DNA from: an uncultured Gammaproteobacteria bacterium
Lineage (GTDB): Bacteria; Patescibacteriota; Patescibacteriia; Magasanikbacterales; GWA2-37-8
Assembly: GCA_964531745.1 (NCBI GenBank)
Contig: CAZHFX010000004.1
Location: 1-44,509 of the forward strand
Reading direction: 5' to 3'
Length of the DNA: 44,509 bases
The notes below the pieces were generated by a model. The model was not told the origin of the DNA and ran no database searches. It was given only the letters and a program-made list of their open reading frames with translations. The position numbers and the translations under genes were made by a program. Shown here piece after piece: positions 33,403 to 43,148 of the stretch. Position 1 is the first letter of the stretch. The number at the start of each line of letters is the position of its first letter.

Positions 33403-34524
33403 TTATTTGATAATTTCTTGATAAATTTTTTCCAGACGATCAAGATGTCCGCTCAGGCTATATTGTTTCACAACACGTTCACGGCCGCGGCTGGCCAACT
33501 CTTGGCGAAATTCCGGAGCAAGGTTCAAAAACGCCGCCAAACGATCGCGCAAACTTTCAGCCGAACCCGGGGTAAAAAGCCAGGCGGATTCAAGGCGATT
33601 TTGTAATTCAGGCAAAGAGCTGGCGATGACCGGGCACCCCGAGGCGAGCGCTTCGTCGGCAACCAAGGAAAACGATTCGGCGTCAGACGAAACAACAAGG
33701 CAGACGGAGCAATTGTAATAAGCGACGAGTTGCCGCCGATCGTGGCAAGGACCGACGAACCGAACGCGCGCAGTCAAGCCAAGTTCCGCCGTCATTTTCC
33801 GGTATTTTTCTTCCGCGTAGCCGCCGCCGACTACAGCCAGAACGACATTGGCATCTCCAATGCCATTTAAAGCCGACAGAAGCAGATCCAGACGTTTCAC
33901 CGGCAATAGGTTGCCGACAAATAAAATTATTTTTTTGCCAACCCAGTCAAAAATTTCTTTGGGAATATCACGGTGGGCGTCGGGACGGAACAAATCCGTG
34001 TCAACGCCATTGGGAAGTTCAGTCATCCGTTCGGGAGGCAAAAATTGTTTTAGCTGGCTCCCCAGCGCGTGAGCGTAGTTTACCATGAGTACCCGGCTCG
34101 CTCCCTTTACAATAGCGCGAAACAGCAAAAGATCATACGCCCTCTGCACCAACCGTCTGTGCCAGACGGTTGGTGCAGCGTCCATGTGATAAGTAAGCGT
34201 AAATGGCCGGCCATAGAGTTTGTGAGCGAGCAATACCCACTCGGCCCCGCCATACCATGGATAATGCAAATGAATGATATCAAACTGTTTCAATTCGCGA
34301 GTGAGCTGGGGCGCCAAGCCCGCGTCCCCCCCCCTAATCCACGGCCATAAACGGACTACTCGAAAATTTAAAGCGTCTTCCGGCGCAGACGGATCGCCAT
34401 AATTTAGGGTAAAAACCGTGACGGTGTGGCCACGAGCCGCGAGCCCGCGGCATTCATCAAAAGCCACCGCTCCCATGCCGCCTAGACGCGGCGGAAAAGT
34501 GGAAACGACATGCGCAATCTTCAT
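33403..34524 (-). CDS. Glycosyltransferase family 4 (GT-B fold).
   Basis: MKIAHVVSTFPPRLGGMG..., an N-terminal GT4 domain and a C-terminal domain with ...SSDAESFSLVADEALASGCPVIAS (EX7E-type). Confidence 0.85.
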   Translation of the reverse strand: MKIAHVVSTFPPRLGGMGAVAFDECRGLAARGHTVTVFTLNYGDPSAPEDALNFRVVRLWPWIRGGDAGLAPQLTRELKQFDIIHLHYPWYGGAEWVLLAHKLYGRPFTLTYHMDAAPTVWHRRLVQRAYDLLLFRAIVKGASRVLMVNYAHALGSQLKQFLPPERMTELPNGVDTDLFRPDAHRDIPKEIFDWVGKKIILFVGNLLPVKRLDLLLSALNGIGDANVVLAVVGGGYAEEKYRKMTAELGLTARVRFVGPCHDRRQLVAYYNCSVCLVVSSDAESFSLVADEALASGCPVIASSLPELQNRLESAWLFTPGSAESLRDRLAAFLNLAPEFRQELASRGRERVVKQYSLSGHLDRLEKIYQEIIK

Positions 34525-34862
34525 ACCCGGTTATCCTTCATCGCTTCTTCCAGCGCCTCTTTGCGAGTGAGCAAAGTAATCTCTCGCTTCATTTTTTCCA
34601 TCATGACAAGCAGACGAAATAAGCTGAAAAAAATCGCCACCAAAGCGACGTACACTACCAAATCGGCTCCGCGGCCAATTCCGACCAGCCGAGCAAAATA
34701 AGATGCTGAATTCGGCAACAACGCGACAACGCCCGCGATAACCCAAAAAGCAGCCCAAAAAAACATCCACCAAAAGGCAAGCGCGCGCTCCCGAAAACGC
34801 TCGACGACTTTAAAAATAGCGTAGAGAAAGAAAACGATTAAAACGGCCTGAATAAGAAGCAT
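34521..34862 (-). CDS. DUF2304 family small membrane protein.
   Basis: 113 aa with four hydrophobic helices and a charged C-terminal tail. It shows the characteristic pairing with an upstream GT2 gene. Confidence 0.65.
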   Translation of the reverse strand: MLLIQAVLIVFFLYAIFKVVERFRERALAFWWMFFWAAFWVIAGVVALLPNSASYFARLVGIGRGADLVVYVALVAIFFSLFRLLVMMEKMKREITLLTRKEALEEAMKDNRV

Positions 34863-34865
34863 AGG

Positions 34866-35555
34866 CTAACGGGTTAATTTATTTATCATTAAATCGGCGA
34901 CAATCTTCAACCCGCCGCCAACCCCCTGCCCCATCTCCCAATATGCCACTTCAACGGGATATTCTTTGAAACGCAAATTATATTTTCTAATTGCCGCGGT
35001 AATTTCAGTATTGTGGGCCATGCGATCTTGAGTAATGATAATACGATTAAGCGCGGAGCGGGAAAAAATCCGAAAGCCATTGTGCGCGTCGGTGAGTTTC
35101 AAACCGATGAATACATAATTTATCCAACGACTTACCGGCAAAATGACGAAACGTTTGAGCCAGGGAACGCGAGAACGTTTGTCCAAAAAACGCGAACCTA
35201 AAATAACCTCAAAATTTTCTCGGCGCATGAGCTCTAGCGCCGGAGCGATATCGCTTGGATTAAATTGCCCGTCGCCATCAAAGTGAACGGCATAGCCGGC
35301 TCCGTGCGCGCGGGCATAGCTATCCCCGGTTTCTAGCGCCGCTCCCTGCCCGCGATTAAGCGCGTGCCGCAATACCAGCGCGCCGCACTCTCTGGCCGCA
35401 CGCGCCGTATTATCCGTAGAACCATCATCAACCACAATCAGTTTAACTCCCCCCCCAACAATCTGTTTCAATCTTGGTTCCTGTTCAAAAAGGCCGCGCA
35501 CCACGCGACCTATATTTTTCTCTTCATTATACGCCGGCACAATGATAAACACCAT
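34866..35555 (-). CDS. Glycosyltransferase family 2 (polyprenyl-phosphate sugar synthase-like).
   Basis: IIVPAYNEEKNI and VVDDGSTDNT motifs, plus a DGDGQ motif. 229 aa. Confidence 0.85.
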   Translation of the reverse strand: MVFIIVPAYNEEKNIGRVVRGLFEQEPRLKQIVGGGVKLIVVDDGSTDNTARAARECGALVLRHALNRGQGAALETGDSYARAHGAGYAVHFDGDGQFNPSDIAPALELMRRENFEVILGSRFLDKRSRVPWLKRFVILPVSRWINYVFIGLKLTDAHNGFRIFSRSALNRIIITQDRMAHNTEITAAIRKYNLRFKEYPVEVAYWEMGQGVGGGLKIVADLMINKLTR

Positions 35556-35564
35556 AGGAAACCA

Positions 35565-36623
35565 CTACGCAGACTGATTAAAATCGGAAAAAAGAAGCGA
35601 TTCCTTGTGGGAGATGACGTAGTCAATAGTTTTGCGCAAACCGTCCTCTAAGCGCATAAGCGGAAACCATCCCAACGCGTCTTTGGCGTAACTGATATTC
35701 GGGAGGCCTTTTCGGCTTAAAAAGAGCAGTGGCTTCTCAAATACCAATGAGGAACGCGAGTTGGTGAGTTCAATAATCTGTTTCGCCACATCGGCATATT
35801 TTATCGCTTGTTCGCCGCCCAGGTTCATCACGCGCACCTCCGGATCGCTCCCCATCAAACGCGCCAGTCCGTCAACAATGTCGGAAACATAGCACAGGCT
35901 GGTGGAAAAACTCTCATCGCCGTAAATAATGAGATTCTTGCCCTCTAAAGCATTAATAATAAAATCTGGAATAAGCTGACGCTCAAACAGCCGCATATGG
36001 GGCCCATAGGTGGTGAAAACGCGGGCGATTTTAACGTCGAGCCCATGCACTTGCTGATAAGTCGCCGCGCAAGTTTCAGCGAACCGCTTGCCTTCGTCAT
36101 AACAAGCCCGCAGGGAGAGGTGGTCAACCGCGCCCAAATCAGTTTCCTTAAAAACCCGGTCGCTCTGAGCCTCGCCATAAATTACCGCGCTGGAGGTGAA
36201 AAGATACCGGGCATGATATTTCACAGCCAAATCAAGCGTATTGATCATGGCGGAAGAATTGGCCCAAAGCGATTGCATTTTTAATTTCTCAAAATTCTTC
36301 GGATTAGTGGGGCAGGCTAGATGATAGATTTCTTGAATGCCCTGAAACTTCACCTTGAATTTATCAAGTTCGTCAAAAGCGTCTAGATCAATCGGCTTGT
36401 TGACATCATAGTTGATAAATTCAAAATCAGGATACTGCAAAAGATGATTAATGGCGTTGGGATGCGAATTGGAAAAATTATCAACGCAGATGACATTCGC
36501 CTCTTTGAGCAAGCGCTCGCATAAATGCGAGCCGATAAAACCGGCCCCGCCGGTCACGACCACATTTTTTTTCTCAAAAATAGGAATATCCATAGACATA
36601 AATGTTCTCGCTAATAATAACAT
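35565..36623 (-). CDS. Extended SDR, UDP-glucuronate decarboxylase (UDP-xylose synthase)-like epimerase/dehydratase.
   Basis: VVVTGGAGFIGSHL Rossmann motif and a catalytic YDEGKRFAE (YxxxK in the UXS-type context). The start is uncertain (ATG at 36623, 36599 or 36593). Confidence 0.75.
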   Translation of the reverse strand: MLLLARTFMSMDIPIFEKKNVVVTGGAGFIGSHLCERLLKEANVICVDNFSNSHPNAINHLLQYPDFEFINYDVNKPIDLDAFDELDKFKVKFQGIQEIYHLACPTNPKNFEKLKMQSLWANSSAMINTLDLAVKYHARYLFTSSAVIYGEAQSDRVFKETDLGAVDHLSLRACYDEGKRFAETCAATYQQVHGLDVKIARVFTTYGPHMRLFERQLIPDFIINALEGKNLIIYGDESFSTSLCYVSDIVDGLARLMGSDPEVRVMNLGGEQAIKYADVAKQIIELTNSRSSLVFEKPLLFLSRKGLPNISYAKDALGWFPLMRLEDGLRKTIDYVISHKESLLFSDFNQSA

Positions 36624-36638
36624 TGAACGGCAAAATGG

Positions 36639-38621
36639 TCAATCAATTTTGCCGTCAATTTTGGGAATGGCTACCGGTTTTAGCGGCGTGCCTGATTGAT
36701 TAAACACGCTGAAAACTCTCCCATCCGTTTGAAACGGCAAAAGCGACTGCCGCGCGCCCCCGGCGCTGGCCACGGCGATAATTTTCCAAGGAACACGGCC
36801 GTTACTATCTTGAATTTCGTTAAAACGATAACTGCCGCTTGGCAAATCAAGCGTTACCATGCTAATAGCAGATTTTTCCCGAACAACCAAAGCCATCTGT
36901 TCGCCTGACCCAGGCCAGAAATGGCCGATGGCGGAGGCTAGCACCGTTCTAATTCCGGGAATGCGGGCTAGGAGTATTTCGCCTTGATCATCAAGCGGCA
37001 GTTGGGTGATGATCGCCTCTCCGCCCCGCTGGGTCACGGCCACGACAGCGCGGCTAATTGCGCTCAATCTCCAATCGCTAATAGCTCCGGCGACAGTTAC
37101 TTCTTTAAGTTTTTCACCCGTGTTTGAATATTCGGTAAAAATAGTTTTCTTGCCGCGGGCATCAAACTGTTCAACGACGATAAAAACGCCGTCTTCAGCC
37201 GCGAAAGCGCGAATGGATTTTGTCAAACGCCGCGGAACGGCTGGCACAATAAAATCGCGAGCGGCAATCGCACCTTTTTCCGATAGTTGGCGGACAATAA
37301 AATTGCGCCCGCTTTTAAACAAAATAACCGTCCGTTTTTCGGTGTCATCCTCCCCGCGCACCGCTCCAGCGCTGACAATTTCCCCATCAGCCACTACAGC
37401 TACGAGAGCGGCGACTTTGCTTTTCACTGATTGACGCCACAGTCCGTGCGCGTCATAATAGTAAAATAATCCATCCAACGTGTCTTCCGGCGGCTCCACT
37501 TTACTGGCCGCGGCGACAGCCCGACCGATATTTAATCGGCCGGCGCCGATTTTTCCTAAATAGTCCAAATTAAAATTATCAATTTTATCAGTATTGGCTA
37601 ACAGAGTGGAAATAATGGCGCTTGGCCGCCAATTCGGATGCAGGCTCTTCAGCAAAGCGGCGGCGCCAGCCACAATTGGCGCGGCAAATGATGTGCCTTT
37701 CCAGCCGCCGCCAAATTCATAATTATAGCCAAACTGCGGAGCATATCGTTCGGTAGAAAAAATTCCCTCGCCGGGCGCGGCGATATCAATGCAACTGCCA
37801 TAATCGCTAAAACGGCTTAATCGATCAGAACCATCAACCGCGGCAACCGTCAGAAGCCAATTGACGCTGTCGCCATTATCAAAACAAGCTGGATACATTG
37901 GTTTCACGTCAAGATCACCGGAAATACCGCGACCATGATTGCCGGCCGCTGTTACCACCACTGCTCCTTTGTTGTAGGCGCGGCGCAGAGCCTCCCGCAG
38001 GGACCCGACCGAATCCTCGCCGATAAAACTCATGCTGATAACATTGGCGCCGTTCTGAACGGCATAGTCAATGGCGGCGATCACCTGCGTGAATAAACCG
38101 GCGCCAGAACTGTCAATGGCGCGGATGGGCATAATCCGCACCCGCCAATTCAACCCCGCGCCACCACGATTATTGTCGCCGACCGCCCCAATGAGCCCGG
38201 CGATAATGGTGCCATGGCGCACCGCCTCCGGATCATCTTGAACATTAAATACCGAGGTGCGCACGTTGTTATTATTATCAACGAAATTCCAGCCATTCAC
38301 ATCGTCTGTATATCCGTTGCGATCATCGTCAACGCCATTATCTGGAATTTCTCTTGTGTTCACCCAGATATTGCCGCGCAAATCATTATGCCAGATGTCA
38401 ACGCCGGCATCAATAACCGCCACCACCGCATGGCGCGAGCCGACGCCATAGTCCCAAGCCGCGGGCGCGTTTATCTGATTCCACATTTTTTCCTGATCCG
38501 CGTAGTTCGGGTCGTTTGGCAAACGAGCGAAAACCGCCTCGGGCGCGCTTAAAATGACCAACGAGAAAATAACCAGACCAAAGGTTGCTTTTTTTGCTAT
38601 AATGCTATATAATCCGCTCAT
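36639..38621 (-). CDS. Secreted subtilisin-like (S8) serine protease with a ~300-aa C-terminal domain of unknown function.
   Basis: The triad contexts are VAVIDAGVD (Asp), HGTIIAGLIGA (His) and GTSFAAPIVAGAAALL (Ser). I use the internal ATG 38621 (MSGLYSIIAKKATFGLVIFSLVILSAPEAVFA, signal-peptide-like), which avoids overlap with the divergent 38679 gene. Confidence 0.85.
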   Translation of the reverse strand: MSGLYSIIAKKATFGLVIFSLVILSAPEAVFARLPNDPNYADQEKMWNQINAPAAWDYGVGSRHAVVAVIDAGVDIWHNDLRGNIWVNTREIPDNGVDDDRNGYTDDVNGWNFVDNNNNVRTSVFNVQDDPEAVRHGTIIAGLIGAVGDNNRGGAGLNWRVRIMPIRAIDSSGAGLFTQVIAAIDYAVQNGANVISMSFIGEDSVGSLREALRRAYNKGAVVVTAAGNHGRGISGDLDVKPMYPACFDNGDSVNWLLTVAAVDGSDRLSRFSDYGSCIDIAAPGEGIFSTERYAPQFGYNYEFGGGWKGTSFAAPIVAGAAALLKSLHPNWRPSAIISTLLANTDKIDNFNLDYLGKIGAGRLNIGRAVAAASKVEPPEDTLDGLFYYYDAHGLWRQSVKSKVAALVAVVADGEIVSAGAVRGEDDTEKRTVILFKSGRNFIVRQLSEKGAIAARDFIVPAVPRRLTKSIRAFAAEDGVFIVVEQFDARGKKTIFTEYSNTGEKLKEVTVAGAISDWRLSAISRAVVAVTQRGGEAIITQLPLDDQGEILLARIPGIRTVLASAIGHFWPGSGEQMALVVREKSAISMVTLDLPSGSYRFNEIQDSNGRVPWKIIAVASAGGARQSLLPFQTDGRVFSVFNQSGTPLKPVAIPKIDGKID

Positions 38622-38678
38622 AATCTTTTTAGTATAACATAAATTAAAGCTAAAAACCAAGCTGAACGAGGAACGCTT

Positions 38679-40061
38679 ATGTATTACCGAGTCAAACAAT
38701 TCCTGCTCTTGATCGGCGATGTCGCCATGCTTTACGCCGGGTTTTACATTGGCGTCGCTCTGCGCTACCAAGAGTGGGCGCCGCGCGATCTTTTTGTTCT
38801 GGTCCAGCCGATCAGCCAATTATTCGCGGGGGCTGTAATCATCTTATTTATCATCGGTCTTTATGATATCGGCCGGGTAAAAAACTCACGGGCTTTATAC
38901 CAAAAAATACTGCTCTCAGCCGGCATCTGGGTCATTTTAGCTATCATCTATTTCTATATCAAAATTGCGGCGCTTGTTACCCCCAAAACTACTCTGCTTT
39001 GTATCACCCTTGGCAGTTTCGGTTTAATGGTCTTATGGCGCGCTTTCTACAATCATTTCCTTTCCACCGTTATCTGGCGCACCAGCGTCGTCTTCGCTGG
39101 ATTGTCAAACGAGGTGACGGAATTAGCTCGCCAGATTACCGCCGAACCGGAACGCGGGTTTGTCATCGCCGGGCTGATAACCACGCCCTCAGAGGCCATT
39201 CACCCGGCACTCAAAGACTACCCGTCCGCCGAAACACTCACTGAATTAGCCAAAAAAAATAACGGCCATTTCCCGGAACTAATCGTGCTCAACCCGACTT
39301 TACGCAATAACACGACTTTGCTCGCCGAGCTCTACCGCGCTATCTTCCGCCAAATCACCATTATGGATCTCGCTGAATTTTACGAAACGATATTCCAGCG
39401 CATCCCGCCCTTTACCTTTTCCGAAGCTTGGTTTATCACCAACCTAAAAGAACAACGCCGCAGAATCTATGATCGCGGGCGCATCCTCACTGATTACGCT
39501 CTCGCAATCATCATGACGGCGGTCTTTTTCGCCACTTTCCCCCTAATCAGTCTGGCCGTTAAATTAACCTCTCCCGGCCCGGTATTTTTTAAACAAAAAA
39601 GAATCGGCCGGCTGGGCAAGGTCTTCGCTATCTATAAATACCGCACCATGTTTAGCTTAAACCCGGATGGCAGCGCCGAAACCGGGGGGCCGCAATTCGC
39701 GGCGGTTGGCGACCGTCGCGTTACGGCCGTTGGCCGCGTGCTTCGCCGCACCCGTCTTGATGAGTTGCCGCAGGCGCTTAATATCTTGCGCGGCGAGATG
39801 AGCCTGATCGGACCCAGGCCGGAGCGCCCGGAATTCGTGGAACAACTGACCGAGGCGATGCCGTTTTACGCCGTTCGCCACCTGGTAAAACCGGGCTTAA
39901 CCGGCTGGGCACAGCTTCAACAAGCCTACTACGGCGATATTAAAGAAAACCTCTACAAACTGGAGTATGACCTTTATTATATTAAAAATCGGAGCTTCTT
40001 TCTTGACGTAACGATACTGCTTAAAACCATTTCAGTAATCGCCCGAATGATGGGGCGCTAG
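38679..40061 (+). CDS. Polyprenyl-phosphate glycosyl-1-phosphate transferase (WbaP/'bacterial sugar transferase' family).
   Basis: N-terminal TM helices, a central domain, and a C-terminal catalytic domain with PGPVFFKQKRIG and LDELPQALNILRGEMSLIGPRPE. Confidence 0.9.
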   Translation: MYYRVKQFLLLIGDVAMLYAGFYIGVALRYQEWAPRDLFVLVQPISQLFAGAVIILFIIGLYDIGRVKNSRALYQKILLSAGIWVILAIIYFYIKIAALVTPKTTLLCITLGSFGLMVLWRAFYNHFLSTVIWRTSVVFAGLSNEVTELARQITAEPERGFVIAGLITTPSEAIHPALKDYPSAETLTELAKKNNGHFPELIVLNPTLRNNTTLLAELYRAIFRQITIMDLAEFYETIFQRIPPFTFSEAWFITNLKEQRRRIYDRGRILTDYALAIIMTAVFFATFPLISLAVKLTSPGPVFFKQKRIGRLGKVFAIYKYRTMFSLNPDGSAETGGPQFAAVGDRRVTAVGRVLRRTRLDELPQALNILRGEMSLIGPRPERPEFVEQLTEAMPFYAVRHLVKPGLTGWAQLQQAYYGDIKENLYKLEYDLYYIKNRSFFLDVTILLKTISVIARMMGR

Positions 40062-41710
40062 GAGGAAGCAAGGGCTGGCTTTCTTTTACCCGACACCGCC
40101 GCCATGAGGCCGACGAAGAGCGGATGCGGATTAAGCGGCTGGCTTTTGAGCTCGGGATGAAATTGAACGCCGATAAAATACGGATGATTTTTTAGCTCAA
40201 CTATTTCAACCAGATTTGATTCCGGATTCACGCCGACAATCTCAAAACCATTTTTCTCTAATTCAGCGCGGTATTCGTTAGCAAACTCGTAACGGTGGCG
40301 GTGGCGCTCGTTAATGCGCAGGACCCCATAGGCTCGCTCCGTCCGGCTCCCCTTTTTTAAATCACAGGCATAACTGCCCAAACGCATGGTGCCGCCATAA
40401 CGATTTTTGTTAATATTTTCTTGCTGATACGGATTGACATTGATGATCAGATGCTGGGATTTAGAATTCACTTCGGCGGTATGGGCATCGGCATATCCTA
40501 AAACGTGGCGGGCAAATTCAACACAAGCCAGTTGCATGCCATAGCAAAGGCCAAGATAAGGCAACTGGCGCTCGCGCGCGTACTGAATGGCCATGATAAC
40601 CCCCTCAATGCCGCGCGTGCCAAAACCGCCCGGGACGATGAGAGCGCCAAACTGGTTTAGCCCCTCAACTTTCTTGGGCTCCGCTTCATACTGCTCCGAA
40701 TCAATCCAGGTCATCTCGGGCTCCAGACCAAGCGTCCAGGCGGCGTGCTTCACCGCTTGAATAACCGAAATATAAGAATCAGCCAGCGTGAAATCGCCGG
40801 TGGCGAAATACTTGCCGACCACCGCGATTTTAACCGTCTTTTTAACCGCCTCCATTTTATGTAAAAAATTATCCCACTCGCCGCTTCTTCGTTTCAAATC
40901 CAATTTAATTTTCAAGCGCTTGGCCAGAAGCTGACCAAAATTCTGTTTTTCCAAAACGCCCGGAATCTCATAGATATTTTTGACATCCGGCGCCGAGACT
41001 ATATTCTCCGGTTTCATCCAGCAAAAAAGAGCCAGCTTTTCTTTGCGCGGCTTATCCAGCATATATTTGCCGCGCGCGATGATAAAATCTGCCTGCAACC
41101 CGGCGTTATTAAGAGTGCGGGCGGCATGCTGGGTGGGTTTGGTTTTCATCTCGCCAAGATGCGATGGCACCGGCATATACCCGACCAGCACAATCACCAC
41201 ATCATCCGGATTATCCAGCTTCATCATGCGCGCCGCTTCAAGAAACAGAATGTTCTCATATTCACCCACGGTGCCTCCGATCTCCACCACCATAATCTCG
41301 GCCTTGGTGCGCTCCGTGGCTTTTTTTATGCGCTCTATCACCTCAAAAGGAATGTGCGGCACCACTTGGACGCACTTGCCTTTGTAGTACATACTGCGCT
41401 CCTTTTCAATCACGCTTTGGTACACCCGACCAGTGGTCATGTAGTTGCTGGAAAATAGATTGGTGCCCAGAAATCGCTCATAATTCCCCATGTCCTGATC
41501 CGTTTCGTCGCCATCTTCGGTGACAAACACCTCGCCGTGCTCCACCGGGTTCATGGTGCCGGCGTCCACATTGATATAGGGGTCAATTTTGATGGCCGAA
41601 ACTTGTTTGCCGTAATTCTTAAAAATCCGGCCGATAGAGGCCGTGGTAACGCCCTTGCCCACGCCGCTCATGACGCCGCCGGCCACAAAAATATATTTCG
41701 TTTTCCGCAT
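40058..41710 (-). CDS. pyrG: CTP synthase.
   Basis: N-terminal YIFVAGGVMSGVGKG, the glutaminase motif GLCYGMQ, and HRHRYE. Confidence 0.95.
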   Translation of the reverse strand: MRKTKYIFVAGGVMSGVGKGVTTASIGRIFKNYGKQVSAIKIDPYINVDAGTMNPVEHGEVFVTEDGDETDQDMGNYERFLGTNLFSSNYMTTGRVYQSVIEKERSMYYKGKCVQVVPHIPFEVIERIKKATERTKAEIMVVEIGGTVGEYENILFLEAARMMKLDNPDDVVIVLVGYMPVPSHLGEMKTKPTQHAARTLNNAGLQADFIIARGKYMLDKPRKEKLALFCWMKPENIVSAPDVKNIYEIPGVLEKQNFGQLLAKRLKIKLDLKRRSGEWDNFLHKMEAVKKTVKIAVVGKYFATGDFTLADSYISVIQAVKHAAWTLGLEPEMTWIDSEQYEAEPKKVEGLNQFGALIVPGGFGTRGIEGVIMAIQYARERQLPYLGLCYGMQLACVEFARHVLGYADAHTAEVNSKSQHLIINVNPYQQENINKNRYGGTMRLGSYACDLKKGSRTERAYGVLRINERHRHRYEFANEYRAELEKNGFEIVGVNPESNLVEIVELKNHPYFIGVQFHPELKSQPLNPHPLFVGLMAAVSGKRKPALASS

Positions 41711-41756
41711 AGCATTTTAAGAAAAAAACATCCCCGGGAAGGGCGTTTATTTTTAT

Positions 41757-42203
41757 TTAAGTGGTATAGGGAGTTATAAGCACGCTGACATTCGCCTCCA
41801 AACCGTGCCGAAATTTTATCTTCACCGGAAAAGTCCCGCTCTCTTTTATCGGCTTCATGACAATTTGACCGCTCTCCACGCGAACGCCGGCCTTCCTCAT
41901 CGCCTCGGCCACTGTCACAGCAGTGACAGCCGCGTAGAGGTGGCCGCCGCCGCTCGCTTTTTCTTTGATTTCAATTTCCTGACCGTCAATTTTTTCAGCC
42001 AATTTTTGTTGAAAAGTCAAATCGCGCTCGGCCTCTTTGGCCGCTTTTTTGCGCCTTACGGCCAAATCATCAGCGGCTTTTTCCGAGGCCGGCACCGCCA
42101 AATGGCGCGTAAACAAAAAATTCCGCGCGTATCCCTCGGCTACCTCTTTAATATCGTCGGCCCGCCCCAGCCCGGGCACATTTTGTAATAAAATAACTTT
42201 CAT
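41757..42203 (-). CDS. rplI: 50S ribosomal protein L9.
   Basis: MKVILLQNVPGLGRADDIKEVAEGYARNFL is a canonical L9 N-terminus. 148 aa. Confidence 0.9.
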   Translation of the reverse strand: MKVILLQNVPGLGRADDIKEVAEGYARNFLFTRHLAVPASEKAADDLAVRRKKAAKEAERDLTFQQKLAEKIDGQEIEIKEKASGGGHLYAAVTAVTVAEAMRKAGVRVESGQIVMKPIKESGTFPVKIKFRHGLEANVSVLITPYTT

Positions 42204-42232
42204 AGCCGGCCTTGCGCTATTTCAGTATTTCC

Positions 42233-42249
42233 CGTAGTATGATACTACG
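42233..42249. promoter_or_regulatory. 17-nt palindrome CGTAGTATGATACTACG in the divergent rplI/era region.
   Basis: 7-bp arms CGTAGTA/TACTACG around TGA, followed by TTTTT. It contains TATGAT on the + strand and TATCAT on the - strand, and the latter is 17 nt downstream of TTGCTT. Confidence 0.45.
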
Positions 42250-42269
42250 TTTTTAACAAATAAGCAACT

Positions 42270-43148
42270 ATGGCCACCAACCCTCAGCGACCAATTTTCA
42301 AAAGCGGCATCATCACCCTCGTCGGCCGCTCCAATGTGGGAAAATCCACTCTTTTAAATACTCTCGTTGGCACGAAAATCGCCGCGGTAACCGACAAACC
42401 CCAGACCACGCGCAATGTTATCCACGGAGTCTTAAATCGCCCCCAAGGACAGGCGGTATTTGTGGATACGCCGGGCGTATTTAAAGAACGCCGCAATCAC
42501 CTGTCCAGCCAACTCGCCGAAAGCGTCGGCGAGTCGCTCCGCGGCATTGATCTGGCGATCTATGTGGCTGACCCGACTAAATCTGTCGGCGCGGAAGAGC
42601 GCGCCGTTTTGGCTATGACGCGCCGCCTCGCTGTCCCAAAAATTTTAGTGATCAATAAAAGCGATCTGCCCCAAAACGAAAAGGAGTTCGCGGAAGACTA
42701 CTGGGCGCTCGGAAGCGACTTCGCCGCGGTGTTTGAGCTATCCGCTTTGCGTCATCGCCATGTGGAACCGCTCATTGAAAAAGTTTTTGAGCTTCTGCCC
42801 GAGGGCGAACCGCTCTACCCGGCAGACCAGCTCACGAACGTGGATAAAAAATTCTGGGTGGCGGAAATTATCCGAGAAAAAATTTTCCTGGCCCTGCGCA
42901 AAGAAGTGCCCTACACCACGCATGTGGAAGTAACGGAAATTGAGGAAAAACCAGAAATTTTTGTCATCAAAGCGATTGTTTATACTTACGACCGCAAATA
43001 TAAAGAAATGATTATCGGCAAAGGCGGCCGTGCCATTAAAGAAATCGGCATTGCCGCGCGCAAGGAATTGGAGCAAGCCATCGGCAAAAAAGTCTTCTTG
43101 GAATTAGAGGTAGAGACAGATAAGCGCTGGATGGACCGGGTGAAATAG
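42270..43148 (+). CDS. era: GTPase Era.
   Basis: G1 GRSNVGKSTLLN, G3 DTPG, G4 NKSD, and a C-terminal KH domain (…IGKGGRAIKEIG…). Confidence 0.95.
   Translation: MATNPQRPIFKSGIITLVGRSNVGKSTLLNTLVGTKIAAVTDKPQTTRNVIHGVLNRPQGQAVFVDTPGVFKERRNHLSSQLAESVGESLRGIDLAIYVADPTKSVGAEERAVLAMTRRLAVPKILVINKSDLPQNEKEFAEDYWALGSDFAAVFELSALRHRHVEPLIEKVFELLPEGEPLYPADQLTNVDKKFWVAEIIREKIFLALRKEVPYTTHVEVTEIEEKPEIFVIKAIVYTYDRKYKEMIIGKGGRAIKEIGIAARKELEQAIGKKVFLELEVETDKRWMDRVK

Noticed and set aside
41711-41756. Looked for a terminator between rplI and pyrG.
   Set aside because: There is only a CCCGGG-centred weak pairing with no usable loop. The genes are probably co-transcribed.
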